A DNA stretch of 38,377 nucleotides, taken from Armatimonadia bacterium. GTDB lineage: Bacteria > Armatimonadota > Zipacnadia > Zipacnadales > UBA11051. The stretch covers positions 1-38,377 of the forward strand of contig JBDKRC010000054.1 in NCBI GenBank assembly GCA_039683575.1. The letters run 5' to 3'. Positions 17,787 through 26,949 of this stretch are shown here, piece after piece. How positions within the stretch are numbered: the stretch's first letter is position 1; each line of letters starts with the position of its first letter. A program made the translations under genes and the position numbers. The notes below the pieces were generated by a model that did not search any database, was not told the origin of the DNA, and saw only the letters and a list, made by a program, of their open reading frames with translations.

Positions 17787-19088
17787 CTAGCTGTAGTCCG
17801 GACGGTACTCCATCTCAGTCTCACCGATGAAGACGGTGTCCCCGAGTTGGGCTCCCAACTCCTCAAGTTGCAGAATGACGCCCATTTTCTCAAGGGCACG
17901 CTGCGCGCGCCGGATGCCTTCGCCATGTTGCAGGTCCGCCCGCGCCATCATCATCTCGACATCGGTGCCGCTGACCGCGAAAACTCCGTCACCGAGCTTC
18001 TGAACGCGCAGTTCCCGCTCTTCCTCGGCCGGCATCTCCAGCACGACCGGCTCGGCTTCCTCAAGCTTCATAGGCGCCGGGCCGCCAGCCTTCTCCAGTT
18101 CATCCCACACGGCCTGCATTAGCGCCGGCAGTCCTTCACCCGTGGCCGCCGAGATCTCGAGCACCCTATGCCCGCGCTGCTCAAGCTCCTGCCGGTACAG
18201 CGGAGCGTACTCGCGACCCTCCGTCAGATCCACTTTGTTGAGCGCGACGATTTGCGGCAGGCTGGCCAGGTTGTCGCTGTAGAGGGCAAGCTCGCGGTTG
18301 ATCGTCTCGAAGTCCTGCAAGGGATCGCGACCTTCGATGCCCGAGGCGTCCAGAAGGTGGATAAGCACCCGCGTGCGCTCCACGTGCCGCAGGAACTCAT
18401 GCCCGAGACCAATGCCCTCGCTCGCACCCTCGATCAGCCCCGGCATGTCGGCGACTACAAATTCCCGGTTCTCATCCAGCCGCACCACGCCGAGATTCGG
18501 TGTCAAGGTCGTGAAGTGGTAGTCGGCGATCTTCGGCTTAGCCGCCGAGATGCGTGAGATGAGCGTGGATTTGCCCACACTTGGGAACCCAATGATGCCG
18601 ACATCCGCCAACAGCTTGAGTTCGAGCCGCAGGCGGAAATGCTGCTCGGGAACGCCACCTTCGGCGAAGTTGGGGGCCTGACGCGTCGAGGTCTTGAAGC
18701 GTTCGTTGCCGCGTCCGCCGCGCCCACCCCTGGCTGCAATCAGCTCATAGCCCGGCCCCACCAGGTCCGCAACCTGCTGCCCCGTTTCTTCGTCGAACAC
18801 CACGGTGCCGGGCGGAACCCGGACGATGAGGTCCTGGCCGCCCCCGCCGGTTTTGCCGAAGCTGCCACCGTTGGCGCCCTGTTCGGCGCGGAAGGATGAT
18901 TTGTACTTGAAGTCCAGTAGGGTACGCATGTGTGGGTCGACGCGCAGGATGACGTCGCCACCCTTGCCGCCATCGCCACCGCCGGGACCAGCACGCGGCA
19001 CGAACTTGATCCGGCGGAAATGGACCAGGCCATCCCCGCCCTTCCCCGACTCCACCTCAATTGTCGCGACATCCACAAAATCTGCCAT
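17787..19088 (-). CDS. obgE: GTPase ObgE with C-terminal OCT (DUF1967-like) domain
   Basis: FVD..., Gly-rich Obg domain, LELKLLADVG, GFPSVGKST, YHFTTL, DMPG, NKVD; ATG 19088 after GAGGAG. Confidence 0.95.
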   Translation of the reverse strand: MADFVDVATIEVESGKGGDGLVHFRRIKFVPRAGPGGGDGGKGGDVILRVDPHMRTLLDFKYKSSFRAEQGANGGSFGKTGGGGQDLIVRVPPGTVVFDEETGQQVADLVGPGYELIAARGGRGGRGNERFKTSTRQAPNFAEGGVPEQHFRLRLELKLLADVGIIGFPSVGKSTLISRISAAKPKIADYHFTTLTPNLGVVRLDENREFVVADMPGLIEGASEGIGLGHEFLRHVERTRVLIHLLDASGIEGRDPLQDFETINRELALYSDNLASLPQIVALNKVDLTEGREYAPLYRQELEQRGHRVLEISAATGEGLPALMQAVWDELEKAGGPAPMKLEEAEPVVLEMPAEEERELRVQKLGDGVFAVSGTDVEMMMARADLQHGEGIRRAQRALEKMGVILQLEELGAQLGDTVFIGETEMEYRPDYS

Positions 19089-19161
19089 GTGACTCCTCAA
19101 ACCTACAGCAGGGGCGGACCGAGGTCCGCCCGAAAAACGCTGATTCGCTTACGTGCTGTAC

Positions 19162-19170
19162 ATCATACCA
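19162..19170 (-). promoter_or_regulatory. extended -10 element upstream of obgE
   Basis: Minus strand TGgTATGAT about 75 nt upstream of the start. Confidence 0.4.
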
Positions 19171-19235
19171 CAGCGGGGCAACCCTGGCACTCGGCTGCGT
19201 CTGATCGGGTACAGCGGGCAGACCACGGTTCGCCC

Positions 19236-20204
19236 CTACAGACCTGCTGCCAGACCTTCCTGGAACTTACCGGTGAAGCAACTGCCGCAGGCTTGCCACT
19301 CGGGAATGGTGTGCTCGGCGTACTGGCATATCAGCGTTGCAGAAGGAACGCGCTCGGTGAAGCGCTGGAACAGTTCTCGCGCCGTCAGAGTGTCTCCAGG
19401 CAGCAGGTCCAGAAGCTGCAGCGTGTCGAGGTCCTTGCGGCGGTCACGCAACCCGCATCCGGCCAGACAGGTCCCACTCCTGGGCTCCCAGCCGTGGCAG
19501 GGCGGGCAGACCATGCAGGCGCCCTCAATGAGCGTCACCTTGAGGTCAGGGTTCTGCTTCATCTTCATGAGCACTTCGTAGAGGTTATCTACTTCGAGTG
19601 GCGCGTTGCCGCCACCGCCCGCAAAGCACATGATGCACATGAAGTGGTGCGGGCGCAGGAAGATCTGATCCATCTGCTCGATCTCCGCCACCGAGATCCG
19701 CTTCTGCTCCGCCATCTGCTCGCGGTCCTGTGGGTACGGAAGCTCCTGCAGGCCCCGCTGGTAAGCATCCAGAGCTTCCTGCGGCCAGGTTGGCCACTTC
19801 TCTGTTGGCTCCTCAAACACACAGATGCCATCCAGGGTCGGCAGGTTCGCCTTCATGCGCCGAAAGAGCTCCCAGGCGCGCCGGGTGTCACCCGGAACCA
19901 GCAGCAGCCGCTCAAGTACGTGCATGTCCATGCGCCGCTGGTAGGCGTTGTCTTCGCGCGGGAACTGGTAGGGCCCGCCGTTGCAGTCGAAGGTGGACGT
20001 GACCGTCACCGGGACCTGTGGTTGGGCCTTGATCCGCTCGAATATCCCTGGCAGGTCCACCGTCATGTGCGGCGGTTGGCCACCGCCATTGAGGCACACG
20101 AGGCCGATGAGGTCATGAGCCCTCACTGCCAGCGGTGTGAGTGTCGTCAGGTACTCCGGCTCAGCGCCTTCCCAACATTGGCGCACGACTTCGCTATCGC
20201 TCAT
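19236..20204 (-). CDS. hypothetical Cys-rich protein with two DUF1284-like repeats, paralog of 11854-12834
   Basis: RAHDLIGLVC and LRPHHFMCIMC; CMVCPPC...CLAGC; KDLDTL..L.L.PG; ATG 20204 after GGGAGG. Confidence 0.72.
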   Translation of the reverse strand: MSDSEVVRQCWEGAEPEYLTTLTPLAVRAHDLIGLVCLNGGGQPPHMTVDLPGIFERIKAQPQVPVTVTSTFDCNGGPYQFPREDNAYQRRMDMHVLERLLLVPGDTRRAWELFRRMKANLPTLDGICVFEEPTEKWPTWPQEALDAYQRGLQELPYPQDREQMAEQKRISVAEIEQMDQIFLRPHHFMCIMCFAGGGGNAPLEVDNLYEVLMKMKQNPDLKVTLIEGACMVCPPCHGWEPRSGTCLAGCGLRDRRKDLDTLQLLDLLPGDTLTARELFQRFTERVPSATLICQYAEHTIPEWQACGSCFTGKFQEGLAAGL

Positions 20205-20274
20205 AGAAGCCTCCCTGGGGCCTTCGGGCAGTCTCAATCATTGGGGTTAGGCCGGACCGCGCCTTGCGCCGGCG

Positions 20275-20949
20275 CTACCGGTACGGATAGAAGCGTGCGT
20301 TCGTGTACGTGGTGTCGGCCCACTTGACGCAGACTCCGCCGCCGCTTTGCGCGTTCCATGGGGCGGGGGCCTTGTACCACTTTGCGTGGCCGTCGCAGAA
20401 GGCATAGTTGGCGCCTTCGTTATGGCGTCCCCGCGCAGCCATGTACTGGACATCACCGGAGCCATCGTCGCGCCCGTACGTGCCGATGGTGTTGCGGCCG
20501 GGAGCCAGCAGCACCAGCCCGGTGGGCACATTGCAGTCGGACAGCGAGTAGGCGTAATTGGTTTCCATGATGTAGCGGTTGGGCGCGTAGCTACAGGCAG
20601 GATACGTGGACGCCACACCATCAGGATAGCTGCTCTCATACTCAGGGCAGACAAGAATGCCCTTTCGGGAAGCGGCCGATACCGGGATACCGGGGTCAAT
20701 GTAGGGCTTGACGAGGTACCACCATCCGGTTTGGCTGGGGTTGTAGCTCATACCCATCGGCAACCCCTCATCATAGTCCTGTGCGTACGATAGGACCGCT
20801 GTGGAGAGCTGGCGAACATTGGAGAGGCAACTGGCCTGGCGGGCTTTGGCTCTCGCCTTGGCAAACACAGGGAAGAGAATGGCTGCCAAGATCGCGATGA
20901 TCGCAATGACTACTAGCAATTCAATCAGCGTGAAACCACGTCGTGACAT
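20275..20949 (-). CDS. prepilin-type N-terminal cleavage/methylation protein, DUF1559-like with H-X9-DG tail
   Basis: [54 protein letters not shown]. Confidence 0.9.
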   Translation of the reverse strand: MSRRGFTLIELLVVIAIIAILAAILFPVFAKARAKARQASCLSNVRQLSTAVLSYAQDYDEGLPMGMSYNPSQTGWWYLVKPYIDPGIPVSAASRKGILVCPEYESSYPDGVASTYPACSYAPNRYIMETNYAYSLSDCNVPTGLVLLAPGRNTIGTYGRDDGSGDVQYMAARGRHNEGANYAFCDGHAKWYKAPAPWNAQSGGGVCVKWADTTYTNARFYPYR

Positions 20950-21065
20950 GGATTTCCCTCCCGGCAAGATAGTCACTTCGCGAGTCCCATTCTATGCCAA
21001 CGCTAAAGTACCTTCCCTGCCTGCGGGAAGATGGTACCGGTTACTCACAACCGGCAAATGAGTAG

Positions 21066-21094
21066 TTGCGCCCTCCGACAGACTGTGGCACAAT
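21066..21094 (+). promoter_or_regulatory. sigma70-like promoter for 21133
   Basis: TTGCGC, 17 nt ending TGG, CACAAT; GAGGAGG RBS before ATG 21133. Confidence 0.45.
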
Positions 21095-21132
21095 AACGCG
21101 ACGTCACATCGTGCCAGTAGAGGAGGACGCAT

Positions 21133-21513
21133 ATGAAGAAGATGCTCATGGTAACGTTGTTATTCGCGCTAACGGCCACACTGGCTTTCGCGCTCGAGCA
21201 GCCTACAGTCACCATGCCCCAGCCAGGCGCGGAACTCGGCCCCAACTACGACGTTCTCGGCAAGATGCCCTACAGGGCCTTCCTCGTCGTCATGACGGAC
21301 TGCATTGATGCTAAGACCGGTCTTACGCTGCGCTCTGTGCCCGGTATTCGCCACTGGACCTTCGACGATGGCAGCTTCCATTTCCGGGTCGCCAGCCCCC
21401 GTGTCTCGATCGGCGAGAAGCAGACTGAGCTGATCTACCGCGTACGCGTCTTCGAGAGCTCAGCTAACGGAGACGGGCCGGAGACCGCCATCGACTGTAA
21501 GATGGCCCGCTGA
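21133..21513 (+). CDS. secreted hypothetical protein, one copy of an unrecognised ~105-aa beta-rich domain
   Basis: Strong RBS, Sec signal MKK...AFA|LE, own terminator, clear similarity to next gene. Confidence 0.85.
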   Translation: MKKMLMVTLLFALTATLAFALEQPTVTMPQPGAELGPNYDVLGKMPYRAFLVVMTDCIDAKTGLTLRSVPGIRHWTFDDGSFHFRVASPRVSIGEKQTELIYRVRVFESSANGDGPETAIDCKMAR

Positions 21514-21537
21514 ACTGAGCCGCAGCGAGATCATCCC

Positions 21538-21566
21538 GCGCCCCCACGACTGGGGGCGCTTTTTTT
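21538..21566 (+). terminator. rho-independent terminator
   Basis: gcgccccca-cgac-tgggggcgc followed by T7. Confidence 0.9.
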
Positions 21567-21685
21567 GTGCCCCGTCAGCCTGGGTTTCTTACTTCTACAA
21601 GAACTTCTTCCGCCGCCCCTTCGTCAGTACGCCTGTCCACTCGCGTGTGGTGGGTAAAACTCTGTGGAATAGGGAGCGAGATGCC

Positions 21686-22417
21686 ATGAGGAAGATACTG
21701 GCCCTGCTGATGCTCGGTGTTGTGCTGGCTGCCACTCAGGCACTGGCGTTGGAGCAACCTACGATCATGTCGCCCCGAGAGGGGGCGATACTTGGCCCCA
21801 GCTATGAAGTTGTCGGCTCCATGCCCTATCGAGCGTTCCTCGTAGTGGTCACCGACCTCGTTCGCTGCGATACCAATGAGGTCCTCTACACGGTTCCGGG
21901 CATCCGGCACTGGACCAACGAGGATGGTTCATTCAGGTTCCGTGTGGCCAGCCCGCGGGTAGTCGTTGGTGGGTCGGGGATGGATTTGCAGTACCGCGTA
22001 AGAGTATACGAGGCCAATCGGAATGAGAAGGGGCCGGAGGCTCTGGTTATCGCCCAGTGCACTCCTGGTCAGGTGACTGCGTCACTCGTGCAGGGCGAGG
22101 GCGGCCTGATGCTCAGCGCGCCCCAGGAGGGTGCCAGCCTCGGCCCGAACTACGACGTGATCGGGCGCATGCCACAGCGGACGTTCCTGGTGGTCGTGAC
22201 TGATGTGCTCAACAGCGAGACAGGCGAGGTCGTCGGCACGGTGCCCGGTATCCGCCACTGGACCGACATGGACGGCAGCTTCCACTTCCGCGTCTCCAGT
22301 CCTCGCATAATGCTTGGACAGAGGGGGCTTCCCCTCTCCTACCGCGTCCGGATATTCGCATCCGGTGCCGAGGGCAACGGGCCGGAGACCGTGATCAACG
22401 CCAAGATGGCCGAGTAG
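21686..22417 (+). CDS. secreted hypothetical protein, two copies of the same domain
   Basis: ATG 21686 after GGGAG; signal MRK...ALA|LE; VPGIRHWT..DGSF.FRV.SPR occurs twice. Confidence 0.85.
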   Translation: MRKILALLMLGVVLAATQALALEQPTIMSPREGAILGPSYEVVGSMPYRAFLVVVTDLVRCDTNEVLYTVPGIRHWTNEDGSFRFRVASPRVVVGGSGMDLQYRVRVYEANRNEKGPEALVIAQCTPGQVTASLVQGEGGLMLSAPQEGASLGPNYDVIGRMPQRTFLVVVTDVLNSETGEVVGTVPGIRHWTDMDGSFHFRVSSPRIMLGQRGLPLSYRVRIFASGAEGNGPETVINAKMAE

Positions 22418-22434
22418 CGGTCACTCTCTTCCCC

Positions 22435-22469
22435 AAAAAACATGGGCCCGGCACTGCCGGGCCCATGTT
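22435..22469 (-). terminator. rho-independent terminator closing the rimP-leuB operon, possibly bidirectional
   Basis: aacatgggcccggc-act-gccgggcccatgtt stem with T6 on the minus strand. Confidence 0.88.
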
Positions 22470-22489
22470 CGTGCGTTCGGAACGTACCG

Positions 22490-23536
22490 TTAGATCAAGC
22501 TGGCGACCAGATCGCCAGTCTTCTGCGTCGAACCCTCCGGGCCGGTTGTGGTCGGCACTTTCCCAGTCGCCAGGGCCCTCGTAATGGCGCTGTCTACCGC
22601 GTCGGCGGCCTCCTGCTCTCCAAGCGTCTCGAGCATCATCTGCACGGCCGCGATGGCCGCGACGGGACAGGCCTTGCCGAGGCCGGCGTGCTTTGGCGCG
22701 CTGCCGTGGATCGGCTCGAACATCGAGACGCCCTCGGGGTTGATGTTGCCCGACGCCGCGACGCCCATTCCGCCCTGGATCATCGCACCGAGGTCGGTGA
22801 TGATGTCGCCGAACATGTTGGTGGTCACAATCACGTCGAACCACTCGGGATTCTTCACAAACCACATGCAGCAAGCATCCACGAAGGCATGTTCCTGAGT
22901 GATATCCGCGTACTCCTGGCCAACCTCAGCGAAGGTGCGGGTCCACAGGTCATGGCCGTGGGTCAGCACGTTGGCCTTATCAACCATGGTGAGCGTGTTG
23001 TTCCTGGCCCGCTTGCGGGCGAGTTCGAAGGCATAGCGGATGATCCGCTCGGTACCCTTGCGCGTGTAGACGGCAAGTTGGGTAGCGACCTCGTCGGGCG
23101 TGCCCTTCTTCATGCTGCCGCCGATGCCGACGTACATGTCCTCGGTATTCTCGCGCACTACGATGAAGTCGATGTCCTCGGGGCCCTTGTCCTTCAGCGG
23201 GGTTTCGACGCCCGGGTAGAGCTTCACCGGGCGCAGGTTCACATACTGATCGAGGCCAAACCGCAGCTTCAACAGGATGCCATGCTCCAGGATGCCCGGC
23301 TGGACGTCGGGATGCCCGACAGCGCCGAGGTAGATCGCATCCACCTGCCGCAGTTCGTCCATCACCGAGTCCGGCAGTACCTCGCCGGTCTTGAGATACC
23401 GCGCACCACCGATGTCGTACGGGATTGTCTCATACTTGACGTCAAACTTGCGAGCGACGACTTCGAGAACCTTCAAACCCTCTGCTACAACCTCCGGCCC
23501 GATTCCGTCACAGGGCAACAACGCGATCTTGTACAT
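22490..23536 (-). CDS. leuB: 3-isopropylmalate dehydrogenase (IPMDH/tartrate dehydrogenase family)
   Basis: DGIGPEV, LLKLRFGLDQYVNLRP, VRENTE, DKANVL, NMFGDIITD, FEPIHGSAP; substrate specificity is inferred. Confidence 0.75.
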   Translation of the reverse strand: MYKIALLPCDGIGPEVVAEGLKVLEVVARKFDVKYETIPYDIGGARYLKTGEVLPDSVMDELRQVDAIYLGAVGHPDVQPGILEHGILLKLRFGLDQYVNLRPVKLYPGVETPLKDKGPEDIDFIVVRENTEDMYVGIGGSMKKGTPDEVATQLAVYTRKGTERIIRYAFELARKRARNNTLTMVDKANVLTHGHDLWTRTFAEVGQEYADITQEHAFVDACCMWFVKNPEWFDVIVTTNMFGDIITDLGAMIQGGMGVAASGNINPEGVSMFEPIHGSAPKHAGLGKACPVAAIAAVQMMLETLGEQEAADAVDSAITRALATGKVPTTTGPEGSTQKTGDLVASLI

Positions 23537-23538
23537 GG

Positions 23539-24549
23539 TTAGCTTCCTTTCTCTGACGAACAGAAGACGCCGGTCCGCCTTAGCTCGCGGGCGGTCGACG
23601 CACATAGTTCGCGTGTCAGTTTGACGTCAAGCGCTATCTGTTCAGCCAACTCTGTTGGCGAATCAAACTTCTGCTGGTCCCTGAGCCGTTGCACAAACTG
23701 CAGTCGGAGTTTCCCGCCTGTCAGGTCTATCGGCTCCTCAGTCAGGATGTGAGCCTCGATCACCCGCTTGCCCAGATCAAAGGTCGGAGCATTACCCACT
23801 GAGATCGCTGCCGCCCAGACCGCGTGTGGTGCTGGCGCATTTCCCACTTCGCTCTCAACTTGAGCGATCCCGGCGTACACTCCATCCCCTGGTATCAGCT
23901 TCTCGGGCGGCGGCACCAGGTTTGCGGTCGGGAAACCAAGCTCCCGTGCTATTCCTCGTCCCCCGACGACCTCACCCACGAGGGAATAGTGTCTTCCCAG
24001 CAGCGCGGTGGCTTCCTCCACCCGCCCCTCCCACAGCAACTGGCGCACCTGGGAGCTACTCACGCTGAAGGAGCCAAGTTGCAGCAGCGGGACCTCGATA
24101 CACTCGAGACCGATGCGCCGGGCGATGCCCGCCATGGCCGCCATGTCTGCGTGATCGTGGCCCATCGCATGGTTGCTGCTGGCCATCATCAGCCGCGCAT
24201 GCATGCCGCCGAGGAGCACGTCCTGCATGAACCGCTCCGCGGTCCAACCCGCCACTTCCGCGTCAAAGCGCAGGATCACCATCAGGTCACAGCACAGCGA
24301 CTCGGCCAGCGCGATGCGTTCCTCGCGAGTCACCAGACGCCGCGGCGGGGCCGTCGGCGGGGCGAAGAACTGCGCGGGTATGGGCTCGAAGGTTACAATG
24401 GCGGATTCCAGGTCCCGCTCGTTGGCCAGTGCGCACAGGCGGCTGAGCAAGTACTGGTGTCCCACATGGAACCCGTCGAGCGCCCCGACGCATACCGCTC
24501 GCGGCTGCTCAGGCAGTGGCAGGTTTTCGATACCTTCGATGACGCGCAT
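23539..24549 (-). CDS. ribF: bifunctional riboflavin kinase/FAD synthetase
   Basis: G.LDGFHVGHQ, TFEP.P, VSSSQVR, LGFPTAN, GVYA, IEAHIL, RLRDQQKF; follows truB. Confidence 0.88.
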   Translation of the reverse strand: MRVIEGIENLPLPEQPRAVCVGALDGFHVGHQYLLSRLCALANERDLESAIVTFEPIPAQFFAPPTAPPRRLVTREERIALAESLCCDLMVILRFDAEVAGWTAERFMQDVLLGGMHARLMMASSNHAMGHDHADMAAMAGIARRIGLECIEVPLLQLGSFSVSSSQVRQLLWEGRVEEATALLGRHYSLVGEVVGGRGIARELGFPTANLVPPPEKLIPGDGVYAGIAQVESEVGNAPAPHAVWAAAISVGNAPTFDLGKRVIEAHILTEEPIDLTGGKLRLQFVQRLRDQQKFDSPTELAEQIALDVKLTRELCASTARELRRTGVFCSSEKGS

Positions 24550-24560
24550 GGTTCCTGGCT

Positions 24561-25439
24561 CTAGTGCTGCGATTTCTGAAAGACCTTGTGCGGCTGAATG
24601 AGTTCCCCCGAACTCTCGCCCAGACACACCAGTTCCCCCGCTTCATCATAAACCAAAACCGGCCCCTGCGCCAATTCCACGGCCTGCACCGCCTGCCCGT
24701 GCACGAGTGCTTCCCGCTGGGGCTCACTCACCATGACGCGTGGCAGGTCTGGAATGGCCTGCTGCGCTGTGAGCAGAGGGCGCGCCGGATCAGCCGCCAA
24801 TTCCTCCAGCGTCACCGCTTCGTCAATCCGCATGGCGCCGACACGGGTCCGGATGAGCATGCTAAGGTGAGCGCCGCACCCGAGCTTCTCCCCCAACATC
24901 GTCGCGAGCGAACGGATATACGTTCCCTTCGAGCAGGTGACATCCACTCTGACGAGGGCGGTATCGGTGCAGGCGACAAACTCCAGCAACTCCAGCGCAT
25001 ACACCTCGACAACTCGCTCCGGCGCTTCCACTGCCTCGCCGGCCCGGGCCAGCTTGTACAGTCTCTCCCCGTTCACCCGCACCGCGGAATGCACCGGCGG
25101 CCGCATCGTCACGGTCCCCGTCAAGTCGCCCAGTGCCGCCCGCACACGCTCCTCAGTCACGTCGGCTGCTGAGGCCCGCGCCGTCACAGCGCCTTCCACA
25201 TCACCGCTGTCCGTCGTCACACCAAGCGCAATCTCCGCGCGATAGCCCTTTACCGCGTCGGCGACGTACTCTCCCAGACGGGTTGCGTAGCCCACCGTCA
25301 GGACCAGTACCCCGGCGGCCGCCGGGTCGAGCGTGCCGGTGTGGCCGATGGCCTTCGTACGCAAGGTCCGCCTCGCGACTTGCACTACGTCATGAGAGGT
25401 CATCCCCGGTGGCTTGAGCAGGTTCAGGAACCCGTTCAC
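24561..25439 (-). CDS. truB: tRNA pseudouridine(55) synthase
   Basis: KPPGMTSHDVV, GHTGTLDP.A.GVL, CSKGTYIRSL. Confidence 0.95.
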   Translation of the reverse strand: MNGFLNLLKPPGMTSHDVVQVARRTLRTKAIGHTGTLDPAAAGVLVLTVGYATRLGEYVADAVKGYRAEIALGVTTDSGDVEGAVTARASAADVTEERVRAALGDLTGTVTMRPPVHSAVRVNGERLYKLARAGEAVEAPERVVEVYALELLEFVACTDTALVRVDVTCSKGTYIRSLATMLGEKLGCGAHLSMLIRTRVGAMRIDEAVTLEELAADPARPLLTAQQAIPDLPRVMVSEPQREALVHGQAVQAVELAQGPVLVYDEAGELVCLGESSGELIQPHKVFQKSQH

Positions 25440-26422
25440 AGCCGCGGCACCAGCTTTGCCAGAGCCTCTTTGAGAGTTAGCAGCAGCTTTGCCAGCAGGT
25501 CGCCGAGTTCGCCCTCATAGTCAAAGCCCGCCGCGCGAGCATGGCCGCCCCCGCCGAACCCCCGGGCGATGTCGGCCACATCCACCACGGGCGCACGCAG
25601 GCTCACCTGCCACTGCCCCTCATGCCCGGGCGCCTTCACAAGCACCGCCACTTGCTGCCCCTCAACCTGCTTGAGAAAGTCTACAATACCTTCGGTGTCG
25701 CCGACGGTGCTACCGGTTTCGAGGTAGTCCTGCGGTCTCAACACCGTCCATGCGATGCGGCCCTCGTCCGCCACCTGCAGGGCCTGCAAGGCCCGCCCGG
25801 TCAGCTTCATTCGCCCCAGGGGACGGGTTTCACTCACCAGTGCCGCCACCGCAGAAGGCACGACTCCGCGTGCCACCATCTCCGCAGCAACTGCGAACGC
25901 CTCTTCGTTGGTGTTTTCGAAACGAAAAAAACCGGTATCCGTAGCGGTACCGGTGTAGAGACATGTCGCAATGTCACCCGTGAGGTCCCAGCCCAGCGCC
26001 CGGAGCAGCCGGCGCACGAGCAGGGCCGCGGCGGCTGCCGATCCGTCCACATACTGCACCTGCCCGAAAGCAGCCCCGCTGTGGTGATCTATCTGAACAA
26101 CGACTTCGGAGGCATTCATGGCCTCCTGCAGTTCGCCCAGCCGGTCAGCACCGTCACAGTCCACGTAGATAGCAACATCGGGCCGGCCCTGGATGGCCTG
26201 AGCCAGCCGGTCTGCCTGCGGAAGCCAACGGTAGTGCCGCGCCACGTCGGTCGGGGCCACGATCTGCACTTGCTTGCCCTGCGCCACCAACGCCTGGTAC
26301 AAGGCCAGGCCGGCGCCCAGAGCGTCTCCGTCAGGCCCTTTGTGCAGGCCTATTACGAAACTGGCCCTCGTTTGCAGGAGGGCCAGCAGTTCCGGCGGCG
26401 GAGGGAGCAACTGCTTCGTCAT
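25436..26422 (-). CDS. nrnA: DHH/DHHA1 phosphoesterase (NrnA-like oligoribonuclease/pAp phosphatase)
   Basis: H..PDGDALG, IDHH, TDTG.F, GGGGHARAAG; conserved position after rbfA. Confidence 0.88.
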   Translation of the reverse strand: MTKQLLPPPPELLALLQTRASFVIGLHKGPDGDALGAGLALYQALVAQGKQVQIVAPTDVARHYRWLPQADRLAQAIQGRPDVAIYVDCDGADRLGELQEAMNASEVVVQIDHHSGAAFGQVQYVDGSAAAAALLVRRLLRALGWDLTGDIATCLYTGTATDTGFFRFENTNEEAFAVAAEMVARGVVPSAVAALVSETRPLGRMKLTGRALQALQVADEGRIAWTVLRPQDYLETGSTVGDTEGIVDFLKQVEGQQVAVLVKAPGHEGQWQVSLRAPVVDVADIARGFGGGGHARAAGFDYEGELGDLLAKLLLTLKEALAKLVPRL

Positions 26423-26928
26423 TGCTCTTTCTCCGCCTCCTCATCTTCATCAAAATCTTCGTCGTCGAGGTCGTCTTCTTCGTCCCAGTCTTCGTCCTCG
26501 TCGGGTTCTTCTTCTGCTGCTGCTGCTCCAGCCTCCGCCGCCACGGCCGCGGCTTCCTCTGCTGCGTGCGCTTCAAGTGTGGGCGCCAGCGTCTCATGTT
26601 CGCGCTGAAGCGCCTCAGCCATCCGCTGGGCCTTGACAGCCGTCTCGTCGTATATGAAGCGAAGCTTGGGGATGTAACGCAGTTCGATCGTTTCGGAGAG
26701 GCGGGCGTTCATGTACTTGCGCGCCCGCAGCAGGCCTTTGATGCTGTTCTTGACCTGTTCTTCGTCGCCCAGCACACTGAAGAACACCTTGGCATGCCTC
26801 AGGTCAGAGGAGACCTCGACGTCCGTGATGGTCACGAAGCCGATGAGAGGGTCGTGGATGTCGCGACGAAGCATCTGTGCAATCTCGTCGCGGATCAGTT
26901 GCGCCACACGTTCCAACCGCAGATTCAT
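26419..26928 (-). CDS. rbfA: ribosome-binding factor A with long acidic tail
   Basis: R.ERVAQ.I, DP.IGFVTITDVEVS.DLRHAKVF, LRYIPKLRF.YD. Confidence 0.93.
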   Translation of the reverse strand: MNLRLERVAQLIRDEIAQMLRRDIHDPLIGFVTITDVEVSSDLRHAKVFFSVLGDEEQVKNSIKGLLRARKYMNARLSETIELRYIPKLRFIYDETAVKAQRMAEALQREHETLAPTLEAHAAEEAAAVAAEAGAAAAEEEPDEDEDWDEEDDLDDEDFDEDEEAEKEQ

Positions 26929-26949
26929 GGCATCCTCGCCGCTCTGGTA

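Noticed and set aside
20275-20949. Type IV pilus or type II secretion locus
   Set aside because: Both prepilin-like genes are isolated, with no ATPase, platform, secretin or peptidase genes in the window
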